Shown here: one piece after another, positions 1 through 8,547 of the stretch
How the letters are laid out: each line of letters begins with the position of its first letter
Numbering within the stretch: the stretch's first letter is position 1
Notes under the pieces: model-generated
The model's input: only the letters and a program-made list of their open reading frames with translations
Databases searched by the model: none
What the model was told of the DNA's origin: nothing
DNA from: an uncultured Gemmatimonadaceae bacterium
GTDB lineage: Bacteria; Gemmatimonadota; Gemmatimonadetes; Gemmatimonadales; Gemmatimonadaceae
Assembly (NCBI GenBank): GCA_966111935.1
Contig: CBHWBX010000001.1
Coordinates: forward strand, 1-53,769
DNA length: 53,769 nt
Direction of reading: 5' to 3'
Program-made: the position numbers and the translations under genes

Positions 1-2
1 TG

Positions 3-575
3 GCGCGGCATCCGACGGCAATCGTCGCCGCGTCGCGCGATGCCTCCGCGGCCATCGTCGTGCAGGAGGCGTTGAGCAGCGCGAGCTTCCGCGTGTACAC
101 CAGCGACGACGTGACGGGCGTCGAGCTCGGCGGCGCGCTCAAGAACGTCATGGCCGTCGCGACCGGGATCGTCGAGGGCGTGGGGCTCGGCTTCAACTCG
201 CGCGCGGCGCTGATCACGCGCGGCCTGCACGAGATGACGCGGCTCGGCGTCGCGCTCGGCGCGAATGCGACGACCTTCGCCGGTTTGGCCGGCGTCGGGG
301 ATCTCGTGCTCACGTGCACCGGCGGCTTGAGCCGCAACCGCGCGGTCGGCATCGAGATCGGGAAGGGGGCGTCGCTCGAGGCGGCGCTCGCCGGAAAGGA
401 GACCGTGGCCGAGGGCGTGACGACCACCGTGAGCGCGCTCGAGCTCGCGCGCACCCTCGATGTCGACATGCCGATCGTCGGAATGGCGCACCGCATTCTC
501 TTCGAGGGCCAGTCGGCTCGAGATGCCGTTCCCCAGCTGATGGCGCGCGAACTTCGAGCGGAGCAAGACCTGTGA
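3..575 (+). CDS. gpsA: glycerol-3-phosphate dehydrogenase [NAD(P)+], C-terminal part; 5' end outside the window
   Basis: Frame is open to the window edge. GVELGGALKNVMAVATGI and GDLVLTCTGGLSRNR are typical of the GpsA C-terminal domain. Stop TGA at 573-575. Confidence 0.9.
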   Translation, partial: ARHPTAIVAASRDASAAIVVQEALSSASFRVYTSDDVTGVELGGALKNVMAVATGIVEGVGLGFNSRAALITRGLHEMTRLGVALGANATTFAGLAGVGDLVLTCTGGLSRNRAVGIEIGKGASLEAALAGKETVAEGVTTTVSALELARTLDVDMPIVGMAHRILFEGQSARDAVPQLMARELRAEQDL

Positions 576-940
576 GCCCAGCGTCGGAGCCTGTCCAGGA
601 GTTCTTCTCGATCGGCGAGGTCTGCGACCTCACCGGCCTCAAGCCGCACGTGCTGCGCTACTGGGAGAGCCAGTTCCGTTTCCTGAGCCCGGCAAAGAAC
701 CGCTCGGGGAATCGCGTCTACCAACGGAAGGAGGTCGAGCTGATCATGCTCGTGAAGCACCTCCTGTACGAGGAGAAGTACACCATCGACGGCGCGCGCC
801 AGAAGGTCGACGAGCATCGGAAGGGCGGCGATCTGAAGGCGGTCGCGCGCGGGGCACTGACGGTGCAGGCGCTCGAGTCGCTGGAGTCGGAGCTGAAGGA
901 TCTCGTCGCGGGGCTCGAGGACACGGACATCAACGCGTAG
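572..940 (+). CDS. MerR-family transcriptional regulator
   Basis: HTH FSIGEVCDLTGLKPHVLRYWESQF followed by a coiled-coil tail. GTG at 572 overlaps the gpsA stop (GTGA). The 314-571 part of the tracked ORF is an Arg-rich alternative frame of gpsA. Confidence 0.8.
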   Translation: MSPASEPVQEFFSIGEVCDLTGLKPHVLRYWESQFRFLSPAKNRSGNRVYQRKEVELIMLVKHLLYEEKYTIDGARQKVDEHRKGGDLKAVARGALTVQALESLESELKDLVAGLEDTDINA

Positions 941-972
941 GACAGAGGTCCTTCGCTGCCGCTCAGGGTGAC

Positions 973-1734
973 ATGCGCTTTCTGATTACGAACGACGACG
1001 GAATTCTCGCGCAGGGGATCGAATGCCTGGCCGCGGCCGCTGAGCCGCTCGGTGAGGTGTTCGTCGTCGCGCCCGATCGCGAGCAGAGCGCGACGAGCCA
1101 TTCGCTGACGCTCCATCACCCGCTGCGTCCGGTAAAGCGCGGCGAGCGGAAGTGGCAGGTCGACGGAACGCCGACCGACTGCGTGATGCTCGCACTCGAG
1201 GCGCTGATGCCGGATCGGCCGGATTTCGTGCTGAGCGGCATCAATCACGGGCAGAACATGGGCGAGGACGTGCTCTACTCGGGCACCGTCGCGGCCGCCA
1301 TGGAAGGGCTCGCGCTGGGAATTCCGTCGATCGCCATTTCGTACGCCGGCGGCGACCTGCGAACGGACGTGAGCCGGTTGCAGGAACAAGTGAAGGTGCT
1401 CACGCCGATTCTCGCGCATCTCACGTCGCTTCCGCACTTCCCGCGCGATACGCTGCTCAACGTGAATCTTCCGCCGCGCACCGCCGACCAGGTGAAGGGC
1501 GTGAAGCTCACGCGCCTCGGACGCCGCGTGTACTCGCAGTCCGTCGCACCGATGAAGGATCCGTGGGGCCGTCAGATCTACTGGATCGGTGGGGGAGAGA
1601 TCTCGTGGAGCGGTGAGCCCGACTCCGATTTCCGCGCGATCGAAGAAGGCTATGTTTCCGTGACTCCGCTGCATCTGGACCTCACGCATTACCACGCGTT
1701 GGAAGGAGCAAATCGTTGGTGGCGCGACCTGTAG
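973..1734 (+). CDS. surE: 5'/3'-nucleotidase SurE
   Basis: MRFLITNDDG, DGTPTDCV, SGINHGQNMGEDVLYSGTVAAAMEG. Classic surE-pcm pairing. Confidence 0.93.
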   Translation: MRFLITNDDGILAQGIECLAAAAEPLGEVFVVAPDREQSATSHSLTLHHPLRPVKRGERKWQVDGTPTDCVMLALEALMPDRPDFVLSGINHGQNMGEDVLYSGTVAAAMEGLALGIPSIAISYAGGDLRTDVSRLQEQVKVLTPILAHLTSLPHFPRDTLLNVNLPPRTADQVKGVKLTRLGRRVYSQSVAPMKDPWGRQIYWIGGGEISWSGEPDSDFRAIEEGYVSVTPLHLDLTHYHALEGANRWWRDL

Positions 1735-2384
1735 ACAACGAGCTCCGCGGTGCGCGGCAGCGACTGATCGAGACGCTCCAGTCGAAGGGCATTCGCGACC
1801 TGTCCGTGCTGCGCGCGATCGAGATGACGCCGCGCCACGCCTTCGTCCCGACGGGGCTCCGCCATCGCGCCTATGAAGACGCGCCGCTGCCGATCGGCAA
1901 CGGCCAGACGATCTCGCAGCCGTGGGTGCACGCGCGCTATCTCGAGATCCTCCAGCTCACGGGAAAGGAACGCGTGCTCGAGATCGGCACGGGCTCCGGC
2001 TACCAGACGGTGCTGCTCGCGCATCTCGCATCGCAGGTCTTCTCGATCGAGCGGATTCCGGCGCTCCTCCAGCAGGCGCGCGACAACATCCGCCAGGCCG
2101 GCGTGAACAACGTCTCGGTGCTGCTCGGCGACGGGACGATCGGATGGCGCGAGTACGCGCCGTACGACGCGATTCTCGTCGGCGCCGGTTCGCCGTCGAT
2201 CCCTCAGCCGCTGCTCGACCAGCTCGCCGAAGGCGGACGTCTGCTCATTCCGATCGGCGATCGCGAGGAGCAGAAGCTCATCGTCGCCGAGCGGCGGGGC
2301 GGGCAGATCGTGAAGCGGGAGGAAGCGCCGGTGCGCTTCGTTCCGCTGATCGGCCATCACGGCTGGGACAAAGAGGGGAACTGA
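1716..2384 (+). CDS. pcm: protein-L-isoaspartate O-methyltransferase
   Basis: QTISQPWV and the SAM motif [12 protein letters not shown]. Overlaps the surE 3' end. The start is TTG 1716 or GTG 1719, so it is uncertain. Confidence 0.92.
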   Translation: MVARPVDNELRGARQRLIETLQSKGIRDLSVLRAIEMTPRHAFVPTGLRHRAYEDAPLPIGNGQTISQPWVHARYLEILQLTGKERVLEIGTGSGYQTVLLAHLASQVFSIERIPALLQQARDNIRQAGVNNVSVLLGDGTIGWREYAPYDAILVGAGSPSIPQPLLDQLAEGGRLLIPIGDREEQKLIVAERRGGQIVKREEAPVRFVPLIGHHGWDKEGN

Positions 2385-2653
2385 TGCGCCTTCACGCCGT
2401 GGTGCGCGGACGCGTGCAGGGCGTGGGCTTTCGCTGGTTCGTGCGCGAGACGGCAACGGCGCTCGGCCTCGCCGGACGCGTGCGGAACCGGTCGGACGGC
2501 ACCGTCGAAGTCGAGGCGGAAGGGGATGACGCCGCGATCGCCGACCTGCGACGCGAGCTTGCGAAAGGTCCGCGGGGCGCCGCCGTCGAAGCGGTCGACG
2601 AGCTCAGCCCGGGCGCGCAGCCGCTCGAACGTCCATTCTCGATCGAGAGGTAA
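2384..2653 (+). CDS. acyP: acylphosphatase
   Basis: [13 protein letters not shown] and [20 protein letters not shown] 2384 overlaps the pcm stop (TGATG). 89 aa. Confidence 0.85.
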   Translation: MRLHAVVRGRVQGVGFRWFVRETATALGLAGRVRNRSDGTVEVEAEGDDAAIADLRRELAKGPRGAAVEAVDELSPGAQPLERPFSIER

Positions 2654-2659
2654 CTCCGC

Positions 2660-3205
2660 ATGGCGACAGCGCAAAGCGCGAATCAGCTCGAGGAGCAGGT
2701 GAAGCGGCTGATTCGGGACATTCCCGACTATCCGAAGCCCGGGATCATCTTCAAGGACATCACGCCGCTGCTCGCCGACGCGCGCGGATTCGCGCAGGCG
2801 ACCGATGCGATGGCCGCGCCGTTCGCGAGCGCGGGCATCACCCACGTCGTCGCGATCGAGAGCCGGGGCTTCATCCTGGGCGGTCCGGTCGCGCAGCGAC
2901 TCGGGGCGGGGTTCATCCCGGTGCGGAAGCCGGGGAAGCTGCCGTCTGAAACGCGCCGGGAAGAATACGAGCTGGAATACGGCACCGACGCCCTCGAGAT
3001 CCACGCCGACGCCTGCGGGGACGGCGCGCGGGTTCTGATTGTCGACGACGTGCTGGCTACTGGCGGAACCGCCGCCGCGACGTGCAAGCTGGTGGAGTCG
3101 ATCGGCGCGACGGTTGTCGGGTTCTCGTTCCTTCTTACTCTGAGCTTCCTTCCGGGGCTCGAGCGCCTCAACGGGCGGCGGGTGGCGCGAGTAATCGAGT
3201 ATTGA
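2660..3205 (+). CDS. apt: adenine phosphoribosyltransferase
   Basis: FKDITPLL, ESRGFILG, and the PRPP motif VLIVDDVLATGGTA. Confidence 0.93.
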   Translation: MATAQSANQLEEQVKRLIRDIPDYPKPGIIFKDITPLLADARGFAQATDAMAAPFASAGITHVVAIESRGFILGGPVAQRLGAGFIPVRKPGKLPSETRREEYELEYGTDALEIHADACGDGARVLIVDDVLATGGTAAATCKLVESIGATVVGFSFLLTLSFLPGLERLNGRRVARVIEY

Positions 3206-3254
3206 CCGCGTATTGATCGCGTAATCGATCGTTTATTGATCGATTTATTGATCG
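3200..3254. promoter_or_regulatory. five direct TATTGATCG-like repeats with 11-12 bp phasing in the apt-dctA spacer
   Basis: Repeat starts at 3200, 3211, 3222 (variant TAATCGATC), 3234 and 3246. AT-rich island upstream of dctA. Each unit carries a GATC core or a near variant. Confidence 0.5.
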
Positions 3255-3327
3255 CTCCTCCCTTCGGCGCTGCGCACCTCCGGTCGGAGTGCCGCGGTTG
3301 AGAGTCATCCCCCTCCGCCACCCACGC

Positions 3328-4605
3328 ATGCGAAAAATCTATCGCAACCTCACCTTCCAGGTGCTCACGGCGATCCTGCTCGGCGCGCTGCTCGGCGCAC
3401 TCGCGCCGGACATCGGCCGGAAGATGAAGCCCGTCGGCGACACCTTCGTGAACCTCGTGAAGATGGTGATCGCGCCGGTGATCTTCCTGACGATCGTCAC
3501 GGGCATCGCGAGCATGCACGACCTGAAGAAGGTCGGGCGGGTCGGCGGGAAGGCGCTCCTCTATTTCGAGATCGTAACGACGTTCGCGCTCCTGATCGGG
3601 CTTGTCGTCGTGAACCTCTTCAAGCCGGGCGTCGGGCTGTCGACGGCGACGCTGGCGAAGGGGGACATCTCGTCGTTCGTGACGCAGGGGAAGGCGATGA
3701 ACTTCGCCGACTTCGTGACGCACATCGTGCCGTCGAGCATGTTCGACGCCTTCGCGAAGGGCGACGTCCTCCAGGTGGTGTTCGTCGCGGTGCTGTTCGG
3801 TGCGGCGCTGGCGATGCTCGGCGAGACCGGGCGACCGGTGCTCAACCTGCTCGAGCTGCTCTCGAAGGTCTTCTTCAAGATCGTCGGCATCGTGATGATC
3901 GTCGCGCCCCTCGGTGCGTTCGGCGCGATGGCTTATACCATCGGTGCGTTCGGCCTCTCGGCGCTCCTGCCGCTCGGGCGTTTGATGCTGTGCGTGTACA
4001 CGACGATGGCGGTGTTCATCTTCGTCGTGCTGAACCTGATCCTTCGCGCGTACGGCTTCAGTCTCTGGGAGTACCTGAAGTTCATCCGCGAAGAGATCCT
4101 GATCGTGCTCGGGACGTCGTCGTCGGAAGCGGCGCTGCCGCGGATGCTCGCGAAGATGGAGCGCTATGGCTGCCCGAAGCCGGTGGTCGGTCTGGTCATT
4201 CCGGCGGGGTACTCGTTCAACCTCGATGGCACGTCGATCTATCTCTCGATGGCGTCGATCTTCATCGCGCAGGCGTTCAACATTCACCTGAGCGTGGTGC
4301 AGCAGATCGAGCTGCTCGGCGTGCTGATGCTGACGTCGAAGGGGGCGGCCGGGGTGACCGGATCGGGCTTCATCGTGCTCGCGAGCACGCTCTCGGCGCT
4401 GCAGGTGATCCCGGTGGAAGGGGTGGCGCTTGTGCTGGGCGTCGACCGCTTCATGAGCGAGGCACGGTCAATCACGAACCTGATCGGGAACGGCGCGGCG
4501 ACCCTCGTGATCTCGCGGAGCGAGAGGGCGTTCGACGAGGAACAGCGCCGGCGCGCGGTGGACGAGGTCCACACGGAACGGGTGCTGGCGGCGAAGGCTG
4601 CCTAG
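3328..4605 (+). CDS. dctA: C4-dicarboxylate / amino acid:cation symporter (DAACS family)
   Basis: Near-collinear resemblance to E. coli DctA: YFEIV, LGTSSSE(A)ALPRM, GYSFNLDGTSIYL, SKGAAGVTGSGFIVLA, DRFMSEAR. Start chosen at the MRKIY Met, which is uncertain. Confidence 0.9.
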   Translation: MRKIYRNLTFQVLTAILLGALLGALAPDIGRKMKPVGDTFVNLVKMVIAPVIFLTIVTGIASMHDLKKVGRVGGKALLYFEIVTTFALLIGLVVVNLFKPGVGLSTATLAKGDISSFVTQGKAMNFADFVTHIVPSSMFDAFAKGDVLQVVFVAVLFGAALAMLGETGRPVLNLLELLSKVFFKIVGIVMIVAPLGAFGAMAYTIGAFGLSALLPLGRLMLCVYTTMAVFIFVVLNLILRAYGFSLWEYLKFIREEILIVLGTSSSEAALPRMLAKMERYGCPKPVVGLVIPAGYSFNLDGTSIYLSMASIFIAQAFNIHLSVVQQIELLGVLMLTSKGAAGVTGSGFIVLASTLSALQVIPVEGVALVLGVDRFMSEARSITNLIGNGAATLVISRSERAFDEEQRRRAVDEVHTERVLAAKAA

Positions 4606-4610
4606 GCGGC

Positions 4611-5498
4611 ATGAAGCGATACATCCTGACCCTGTGGGCAGCGCTCGCGTGCGCGTTGCCGCGTGTGGCGGCGGCGCACCCCGGCACGGGCATCGTCGTC
4701 GACCGCAAGGGAAACGTCTATTTCGTCGATATGGTCTCCGGCGTGTGGCGCGTCGATTCCGCCGGCGTGCTCACGCATGTCAACGGGCCTGCCTTTCACT
4801 GGCTGGCGCTCGACGAGAACGACCGTCTCGCGCGGGTGACGCTGCCATCGGGCACCTCGGGCGACATCGTCCGACTCGGCAACGCTCCGACGCTCCTGCT
4901 TGCGAGCGATGTTCCGGTCGCAACGCGGCGAGATGGGGCACTGTATTATCCGTCGCGGAGCGGGAATCGCCCGATCGACATCATTCGTCTGATGCCGAAC
5001 GGCCAGGCATCGACATTTGCTACACTGCCGGCTGGTCCGGTATCGCATCCGCTACGCTGGGTGAATGGACTCGCGGCGGCCGGCGACGGTTCGGTCTACT
5101 ATGCGGAAGACGCGGCGGTGCGGCGCATCGACGCCCGCGGCCGGCTCTCCACGCTCGCGGAGCGCATCGCTCCAACGAATTGCCGCTCCGTTCCCGGGAT
5201 TTCAGCGGCGGACGGCCCTTTGCTCCGTGGTCTGGTCGTCGATAGCGGGGGCGTCGTGTATGTCGCCGCCACCGGCTGCGCGAGCGTTCTGCGCATCCAT
5301 CCGAGTGGAAACATCCAGACGATCTATCGATCGGAGGGCGAGTGGTCGCCGACCGGTGTTGCTCAGCTCGGCTCGCGCATCTACGTGCTCGAGTTTCTCG
5401 GCGCCGGATCGGATGATCGTCAGGCGATGCTGCCGCGTGTTCGGGTGATCGAGCCGACCGGGACACGCGTCATTGCAACCGTTCATCGAGGGAAATGA
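4611..5498 (+). CDS. secreted beta-propeller (NHL/SMP-30-like repeat) protein
   Basis: Signal peptide MKRYILTLWAALACALPRVAAA. Repeated G-x-VY-V-D/A blades (GNVYFVD, GSVYYAED, GVVYVAA). The upstream part of the 3990 ORF is out of frame with dctA. Confidence 0.6.
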   Translation: MKRYILTLWAALACALPRVAAAHPGTGIVVDRKGNVYFVDMVSGVWRVDSAGVLTHVNGPAFHWLALDENDRLARVTLPSGTSGDIVRLGNAPTLLLASDVPVATRRDGALYYPSRSGNRPIDIIRLMPNGQASTFATLPAGPVSHPLRWVNGLAAAGDGSVYYAEDAAVRRIDARGRLSTLAERIAPTNCRSVPGISAADGPLLRGLVVDSGGVVYVAATGCASVLRIHPSGNIQTIYRSEGEWSPTGVAQLGSRIYVLEFLGAGSDDRQAMLPRVRVIEPTGTRVIATVHRGK

Positions 5499-5770
5499 TC
5501 TGGTCGTGCCGTATCAAGACGACCGGGGGCGGGAGCACCGGGCGCCCTTGCTACCGTGCAGAGCGAGATGGCGTTAGGTTCATGTGCTTGTACGCTGCCG
5601 CCTCCGGTACGGCAATCGTGCCGTGACGTACCGAGATTGTGGGGCAAACCTGGGGCAAGACCAGCCGAGAAATCGGCGGACTTGTCGGCACGTGCCGAGA
5701 AAGAACACGCCGTAGGCGACAAGTGCTAAGTTGTTGCAGTACAAGCTAATTCAAGAGTTGGCTATCACTT

Positions 5771-5844
5771 GCCCCTGTAGCTCAGATGGATAGAGCAGCG
5801 GTTTCCTAAACCGTTGGTCGCGTGTTCGACTCACGCCAGGGGCA
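5771..5844 (+). tRNA. tRNA-Arg (anticodon CCU)
   Basis: 74-nt cloverleaf folded by hand. Acceptor GCCCCTG/CAGGGGC, D arm GCTC-AGATGGATA-GAGC, anticodon arm GCGGT-TTCCTAA-ACCGT, T arm GCGTG-TTCGACT-CACGC, discriminator A. No CCA is encoded. Confidence 0.9.
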
Positions 5845-5887
5845 CCTTCGCAGTCGCCCTGATCAGCTTTTTCATTTCCGTCCTCCC

Positions 5888-6565
5888 ATGACCACTCCAA
5901 CCGTCACCAGCCAGCCGCAAGCCACGAAGTCCGCCGAGGATCACGCCCAGACCTTCCTCGACTGGACGAAGATCAACTCCAAGGCGCTGACCGCCGGGGC
6001 AGTGGTCGTGCTCGTCGCCGCGGGCGCGTTCTGGTTCTACCAGCGGTCGCAGCAGATCCAGGCCGCGAACGCCCAGAAGGCGCTGCTGAACGCGAAGCAG
6101 TCGCTGTCGGCCGGCAACCTCCAGCTGGCGCAGACGGACCTCCAGACCGTCTACTCGCGGTACGGCTCGACCGAAGCGGGCGTCGAGGCGGCGATGCTGC
6201 TGGCGCAGGTTCAGTACGACGCCGGCAAGCCGCAGGACGCGGTGACGATGCTGGACAAGGTCGCGGGCACGCGGGCGGCGTCGAGCGTCGAAGGGACGGT
6301 CCGGAGCCTCGAGGGCGACGGCTATGCCCAGATGGGCAAGCTGGCGGACGCGGCCAAGCAGTACGAGACGGCGGCGAACGCGACGACGCTCGAGAACGAA
6401 AAGGCGTTCTATCAGGGCAAAGCGGCGCGGACGTACCAGGCCGCCGGCGACACGGCCAAGGCGCGTCAGATCTGGCAGGCGCTGGCAGCGGCGCCGAACG
6501 GACCGCTGGCGGCCGAGGCGAAGGTGCGCCTGGGCGAGCTCGAGGCGACCGCGGTCAAGAAGTGA
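5888..6565 (+). CDS. membrane-anchored TPR protein (YfgM-like architecture)
   Basis: One N-terminal TM (LTAGAVVVLVAAGAFWFY) followed by Ala/Gln-rich TPR-like helices. ATG at 5888. Confidence 0.65.
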   Translation: MTTPTVTSQPQATKSAEDHAQTFLDWTKINSKALTAGAVVVLVAAGAFWFYQRSQQIQAANAQKALLNAKQSLSAGNLQLAQTDLQTVYSRYGSTEAGVEAAMLLAQVQYDAGKPQDAVTMLDKVAGTRAASSVEGTVRSLEGDGYAQMGKLADAAKQYETAANATTLENEKAFYQGKAARTYQAAGDTAKARQIWQALAAAPNGPLAAEAKVRLGELEATAVKK

Positions 6566-6641
6566 TCGCTGGTGGCTCGGCGTTCGACGGTCGAGTCTGA
6601 TTTTGAACGGTTGGAACTGCGAGGACGCAGCGCTAGCAGAG

Positions 6642-6683
6642 GGCCGCAGAGGACACCGGGAACGGTGAAATCTGCGGCCTTTT
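6642..6683 (+). terminator. rho-independent terminator after the TPR gene
   Basis: GGCCGCAGA (6642-6650) pairs with TCTGCGGCC (6671-6679). Inner stem CACCG/CGGTG. Followed by TTTT at 6680-6683. Confidence 0.6.
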
Positions 6684-6763
6684 CGTGCCCCCGACCGCCA
6701 TTGCAGAATGACGACAGAGTGCCGCCATCATCGAATGTCGGGTTGGTGTCGCGTTCAATATGT

Positions 6764-6793
6764 AGTACGTATAAGATGTATCTTATCCACCAT
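6764..6793. other. host-phage junction (attL-like); putative dif/cer-like recombination site
   Basis: AGTACGTATAA-GATGTATC-TTATCCACCAT. Contains the palindrome ATAAGAT-GT-ATCTTAT (6771-6786). Identity with the phage-phage junction starts at 6770. Confidence 0.3.
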
Positions 6794-6852
6794 CGCGACA
6801 CCAACATGAGTCATCTCTGATTGGTGTTCTGTCATAACCCCTGTCGCGAGCA

Positions 6853-7176
6853 TCACGCGGCAACCCCCGTGTTCGGCAGTTTGGCGAATTCCGCGTCGCA
6901 GTGGCGACAGCGGCCCAGCGTCTGGATCAGCTTCGGCGAGAGCGCGACGCGACGGATCGCGGGCGGGATGCGCTCGCCACACAGCGCGCGCTCTTCCTCG
7001 TAGACGGCCACGCCGACGCGGTGCACCAGGCTCAGGTCATCGGTGCGGCCGAAGCGGACTTCCGACCACGCGACGCTGTGCCCGAGTTCCAGCGGGGCGT
7101 CAGCAATCGCCAGCGCGTCCTTGCGGGCGCTTTCTTCGATCTCGCGGAGCGAGTTCCAGCGTTCGTGCTCTCTCAT
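6853..7176 (-). CDS. hypothetical protein (107 aa) with a C-terminal Cys pair
   Basis: ATGA coupling to the upstream gene at 7173-7176. C..(n)..CRHC motif. Last gene before the unit boundary. Confidence 0.55.
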   Translation of the reverse strand: MREHERWNSLREIEESARKDALAIADAPLELGHSVAWSEVRFGRTDDLSLVHRVGVAVYEEERALCGERIPPAIRRVALSPKLIQTLGRCRHCDAEFAKLPNTGVAA

Positions 7177-7409
7177 TCTTCGTCCCTCACGAGCTGAATC
7201 TTCGGGTTCAGCAGCGCTTCACGCGCTGCGGTCCAATCGGTCTGCGCGGTGCGACTCGCCTCGACAATCGCGCTCACCGCGGTCCTGAGTTGCTTGTCCT
7301 GCTCGCACCAGTAGTCCACCAGAGACTGCGCGGCCTGTCGGCCCTCGGGTGCGAGTTGCTGCTCAATCGCGAAGCGGATCGCGGTCACGATGATGTCCCG
7401 CTGCGTCAC
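7173..7409 (-). CDS. hypothetical protein (78 aa)
   Basis: GTG 7409 overlaps the XRE gene stop (GTGA). The N-terminal part of the tracked 7173..7532 ORF looks non-coding. Confidence 0.55.
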   Translation of the reverse strand: MTQRDIIVTAIRFAIEQQLAPEGRQAAQSLVDYWCEQDKQLRTAVSAIVEASRTAQTDWTAAREALLNPKIQLVRDEE

Positions 7410-7972
7410 TCGCGCTCGGCCCGCATCAACTCCAAGCGGAGCTGGTGGCTCGTCGCCATCGCACGGAGTGTCGTGGCCATCAGGCGTCGGAAGTCCTCCG
7501 AATCGGCGTGCTCGACTCCGTTCGCGATCCACCGCAGCGCGTCGGGCGTGTGCCAGAATGAGCCGAGAACCGCCATCGTTACCGGATCTGCTTCGGTCGC
7601 CGCCTCGCCGGCGTCTCCAGTCCCGTAGTGCAGTTCCTTCGGGGACATGCGGAGCTTGTCGGCAATGGCGATGATGTCCGATTGGCGCGGCATAAAGGCG
7701 CCCTGCCTCCAGCGCGAGACGGTGTTGTACGAAACGCCGACCGCCCGAGCGAGTTCGATATTGGACACCTTCTCTCGCTTCATCGCAGCGACCAGCCGCG
7801 CACCGAAAGACGGCACCGACGGACTCTTACCGTCCGGCTCCTCGCGCTCTTGCCCTCGCGGCTCAGCGATTCGATGCGAAGCCGACGAGTGCTCGTCCGC
7901 ATCTAGAGGCGCCCTCATGGGCGTGGGATTGGTGCCGCCCTTGGTGTATTCGTGCCAGTGGCGTTCGCTCAT
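7406..7972 (-). CDS. XRE-family HTH regulator with a C-terminal domain (188 aa)
   Basis: HTH FGARLVAAMKREKVSNIELARAVGVSYNTVSRWRQG. The MSERHW start overlaps the upstream stop (ATGA at 7969-7972). Confidence 0.8.
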   Translation of the reverse strand: MSERHWHEYTKGGTNPTPMRAPLDADEHSSASHRIAEPRGQEREEPDGKSPSVPSFGARLVAAMKREKVSNIELARAVGVSYNTVSRWRQGAFMPRQSDIIAIADKLRMSPKELHYGTGDAGEAATEADPVTMAVLGSFWHTPDALRWIANGVEHADSEDFRRLMATTLRAMATSHQLRLELMRAERE

Positions 7973-8157
7973 TCGCTCGCCTCCGCAACGCGCAACAGGC
8001 GTTGCATCGTCGCGCGCTCGTTCGACTGCTCGCGGTGCGCGTTCGTGATGTGAAGAACCACCGCGACGAGATTGGCGATCGCCGCAGGCCAGTAGCCCCG
8101 CGACGCGCACGCGCCTGCCACCGCCGCGTTGACTGCGACTCCAATGCAGTACCACAT
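7969..8157 (-). CDS. small hydrophobic protein (62 aa)
   Basis: MWYCIGVAVNAAVAGACASRGYWPAAIANLVAVVL suggests two TM-like segments. Coupled to the XRE gene. Confidence 0.5.
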   Translation of the reverse strand: MWYCIGVAVNAAVAGACASRGYWPAAIANLVAVVLHITNAHREQSNERATMQRLLRVAEASE

Positions 8158-8163
8158 GGCTAT

Positions 8164-8547
8164 TCACTTGCCTCCGCGGTGGGCGGGGTGGAGCGAGCGG
8201 CGTCGGCGCGATGATCCTCGACGGCCTTCGCGGCGATCTTGAAGGCCGAGTTCTCGTCCTTCCCGTCGAAGCGCGAATGCGGCGCTATAGACTTCGAGGA
8301 TCTGACCGATGACCGTTTCGCGATCCGGCATCTCGTCCTCTCGGGACTCGACCGACGAGAGGGGAGCGGGCTGATGAGCGACGCGAAGCGCGGCGAGCAC
8401 GCTGCGAATGTGCGTCGCGGTCACGTCGCAGTGCCGGATCGCCATGATGAGCGATTCACCGTTTGCGTCGCGCCATTTCAGCATTTTCTCGAGCGCGAGC
8501 ACGGCGCCGCCGACTTCGCGCGGCGTCAGTTCGGTTGTATCGCTCAC
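8164..8547 (-). CDS. hypothetical protein (127 aa)
   Basis: GTG 8547 overlaps the upstream stop (GTGA). Protein-like composition. Confidence 0.5.
   Translation of the reverse strand: MSDTTELTPREVGGAVLALEKMLKWRDANGESLIMAIRHCDVTATHIRSVLAALRVAHQPAPLSSVESREDEMPDRETVIGQILEVYSAAFALRREGRELGLQDRREGRRGSSRRRRSLHPAHRGGK

Noticed and set aside
314-571. N-terminal extensions of tracked ORFs (314..571 of the MerR ORF, 3990..4610 of the propeller ORF, 1922..2383 of the acylphosphatase ORF, and many phage ORFs).
   Set aside because: The extensions overlap the preceding genes in another frame and are Arg-rich. Internal ATG/GTG starts coupled to upstream stops give products of conventional length.
2728-4287. 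519-aa minus-strand ORF across apt and dctA.
   Set aside because: It is antisense to two strongly supported host genes, and its product is Arg/Asp/His-rich and not protein-like.
5726-5736. An 11-nt motif CTAAGTTGTTG shared between the tRNA-Arg upstream region and the acyltransferase upstream spacer (14047-14057).
   Set aside because: It is a single short match with no consistent -35/-10 spacing that I could define. It is possibly a promoter element, but too weak to call.
5771-5844. tRNA-Arg as the phage attachment site.
   Set aside because: The duplication boundary lies 925 bp downstream, beyond an intact TPR gene and its terminator. No tRNA 3' fragment is repeated at the phage-phage junction.
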